A stretch of DNA of 64,000 nucleotides from Lama glama. Lineage: Eukaryota. Positions within the stretch are counted from its first letter, which is position 1. The number at the start of each line of letters is the position of its first letter. Below the pieces are notes generated by a model. That model did no database searches, was not told the DNA's origin, and saw nothing but the letters and a program-made list of their open reading frames with translations. Location: contig CM052816.1 of assembly GCA_028534125.1 (NCBI GenBank), forward strand, positions 100,318,001-100,382,000. Direction: 5' to 3'. A program made the translations under genes and the position numbers. Shown here one piece after another: positions 62,430-64,000 of this stretch.

Positions 62430-63650
62430 TGAGTTACAATTTTTCACATTTCAGATTAGAAGATCCCAAGTTTCTTTAAGCCGTCTGTACTGGTTAGGCT
62501 GAAGAACCATGCAGTCTCTCACACTGACGTTTGGAATACAAAACAGAACAGCAGTATAGCAGGTCTGGGTAAAACTGCACATGCAGTGACCCCATGACCA
62601 GCACCCCACGTCACAGGCCCCACGCCGAGGCTGCGCCTTCACCGCTGAGAAGCATCCTGTGAGGCGCTGCCCGTGAGGCCCTGCGAACAAAGTGAAAGCT
62701 TCTACGTGGCATGCACTCCCTTCGCTTCAGGTCTGGTTAGATCAGTACGACACGCGCCCCCAGAGGGAATGCTATTCAGGTACTTTGGGGAAAAGGGGGG
62801 ACGTCTCTAGAAAGCAGTTTGCAGTGATCTCCCTGAGTTACTGTTAAGAAGAAACAGCAAGGTATGGAAAGCTGTACGTGCCCTAAGGAAGAGAGACATT
62901 TTATTGACTTGTCATCACGGACATGCACGTGTGTCTGCTCACACTTGTGAAAAGAAATGCGGGGAGACTTGCTAGAAACTAGCAAAGACAGACGGACAGA
63001 TAGAAGGCAGGAGAGATGGACCGGGAGGGGGCTGATGACAAAAGGGGCCAAGACTTCTGAGTACACGTTCTGGAACTTTTAAACTGTGGGAGTTATTGAA
63101 TTACAAGCACTTAACTCAGACAAAAAAGGGGAGAAGTCCTAAAATTAGTATAGGTAGAAAAAAATAAATCTATCCTTGTGTAAAATTGCTAACAGACAAA
63201 ATGCTATTTTCAGGTAGTTTTGAACATCACTCTGTGCACCCCAAATGTGATATTTTCTAGATGTTGAAAGATTTGCAAAGAAAAAAATAAAAACCTGTAC
63301 TCAGTGATTTACCGTTAGTAGTAATGTTGATATTACAGGTTTAAAATCTTACGCATCTTTTAAAATAAATCAAGTGGATAAATATGCAATGGCGAAGGAA
63401 AAAGACTTTCAGCATATGAGGGGAGATAGATTTAAAAATGTTTCAGCATTGAACATGAATTAAAGTATATGTGTGTCATCTCAGGTATAACTGATTCCCT
63501 ACCATGAGTCAGAATCTTTATATAAAAGATGACCCTGAATTTTTTTCTCAGATGAATGTGAAAATCTGGAAAAGTGAAAGATTTCAAAAGATAAAAAATA
63601 GAAAAACATGCTTTCCTTCTCATTCCATGACAGTGAACATCCAAGCCATC
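62430..63650 (+). mobile_element. Very old LINE-1 3'-end remnants
   Basis: A-rich decayed sequence with L1M 3' motifs (cacattt...gattagaaagat; gcagtatagcaggtctgggtaaaactgcacatgcagtgacc). Confidence 0.4.
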
Positions 63651-64000
63651 ACTTTTGTGTATAACTTTTGAAAATCACCAAATATTTAGCAAAGTCGAAA
63701 AACAGAGGAAGCTGTTCCTGGTTTGCATCTTCAGAAGGACAGGATTTCTACTGCCCCTCGTCACTCACCCTGCCTTCCTGTGCTCGGAGGAAGCACCGGG
63801 CCTTATGGACCACACACCTCTCTCGCCCTCACGCCTTGAAGGTCTCTGAAGACACGCAGTCGCGGTGCTGACTCGCACTACCACCAGGAGCCCTCCTGTT
63901 CCCCTTCGTAAACACATCCCACCTCCCTCGGGCCCCCCACCCCCACCCCCCAGCCCTTGTCCCTCGGCCCTGGCCACCACCTAACTGTTCTCCATTTCCA

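Noticed and set aside
1..64000. Naming the host locus or gene, or claiming a novel multi-gene system
   Set aside because: No coding exon could be recognised; composition alone does not identify the locus, and nothing indicates an operon-like or otherwise novel system

Overview
This is mammalian genomic DNA, not prokaryotic. It is most likely a camelid: it carries three tRNA-Ala-derived SINEs resembling the camelid Vic-1 family and cetartiodactyl-type L1 3' ends. I could not recognise any host protein-coding exon or gene. The supplied ORFs are explained by GC-rich sequence, N-gaps, simple repeats or decayed L1. The window alternates GC/CpG-rich unique sequence with AT-rich blocks of old LINE-1. 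It also holds ERV1, ERVL and MaLR LTRs, DNA-transposon relics (MER58-like, Tigger1-derived), MIR remnants, simple repeats and two 500-N scaffold gaps. The unique sequence contains several AT-rich, homeodomain-motif-dense patches that look like conserved non-coding enhancers, and a CpG island at about 53.6-54.2 kb with no visible gene. This suggests a gene desert or large intron near a developmental regulator, possibly subtelomeric (inference). Best leads are a cluster of ONECUT-type motifs, a 21-nt microexon candidate, the orphan CpG island and a head-to-head L1 pair. I found no convincing novel biological system. Repeat family names come from recalled consensus sequences, not a database search, and boundaries are approximate unless TSDs are given.
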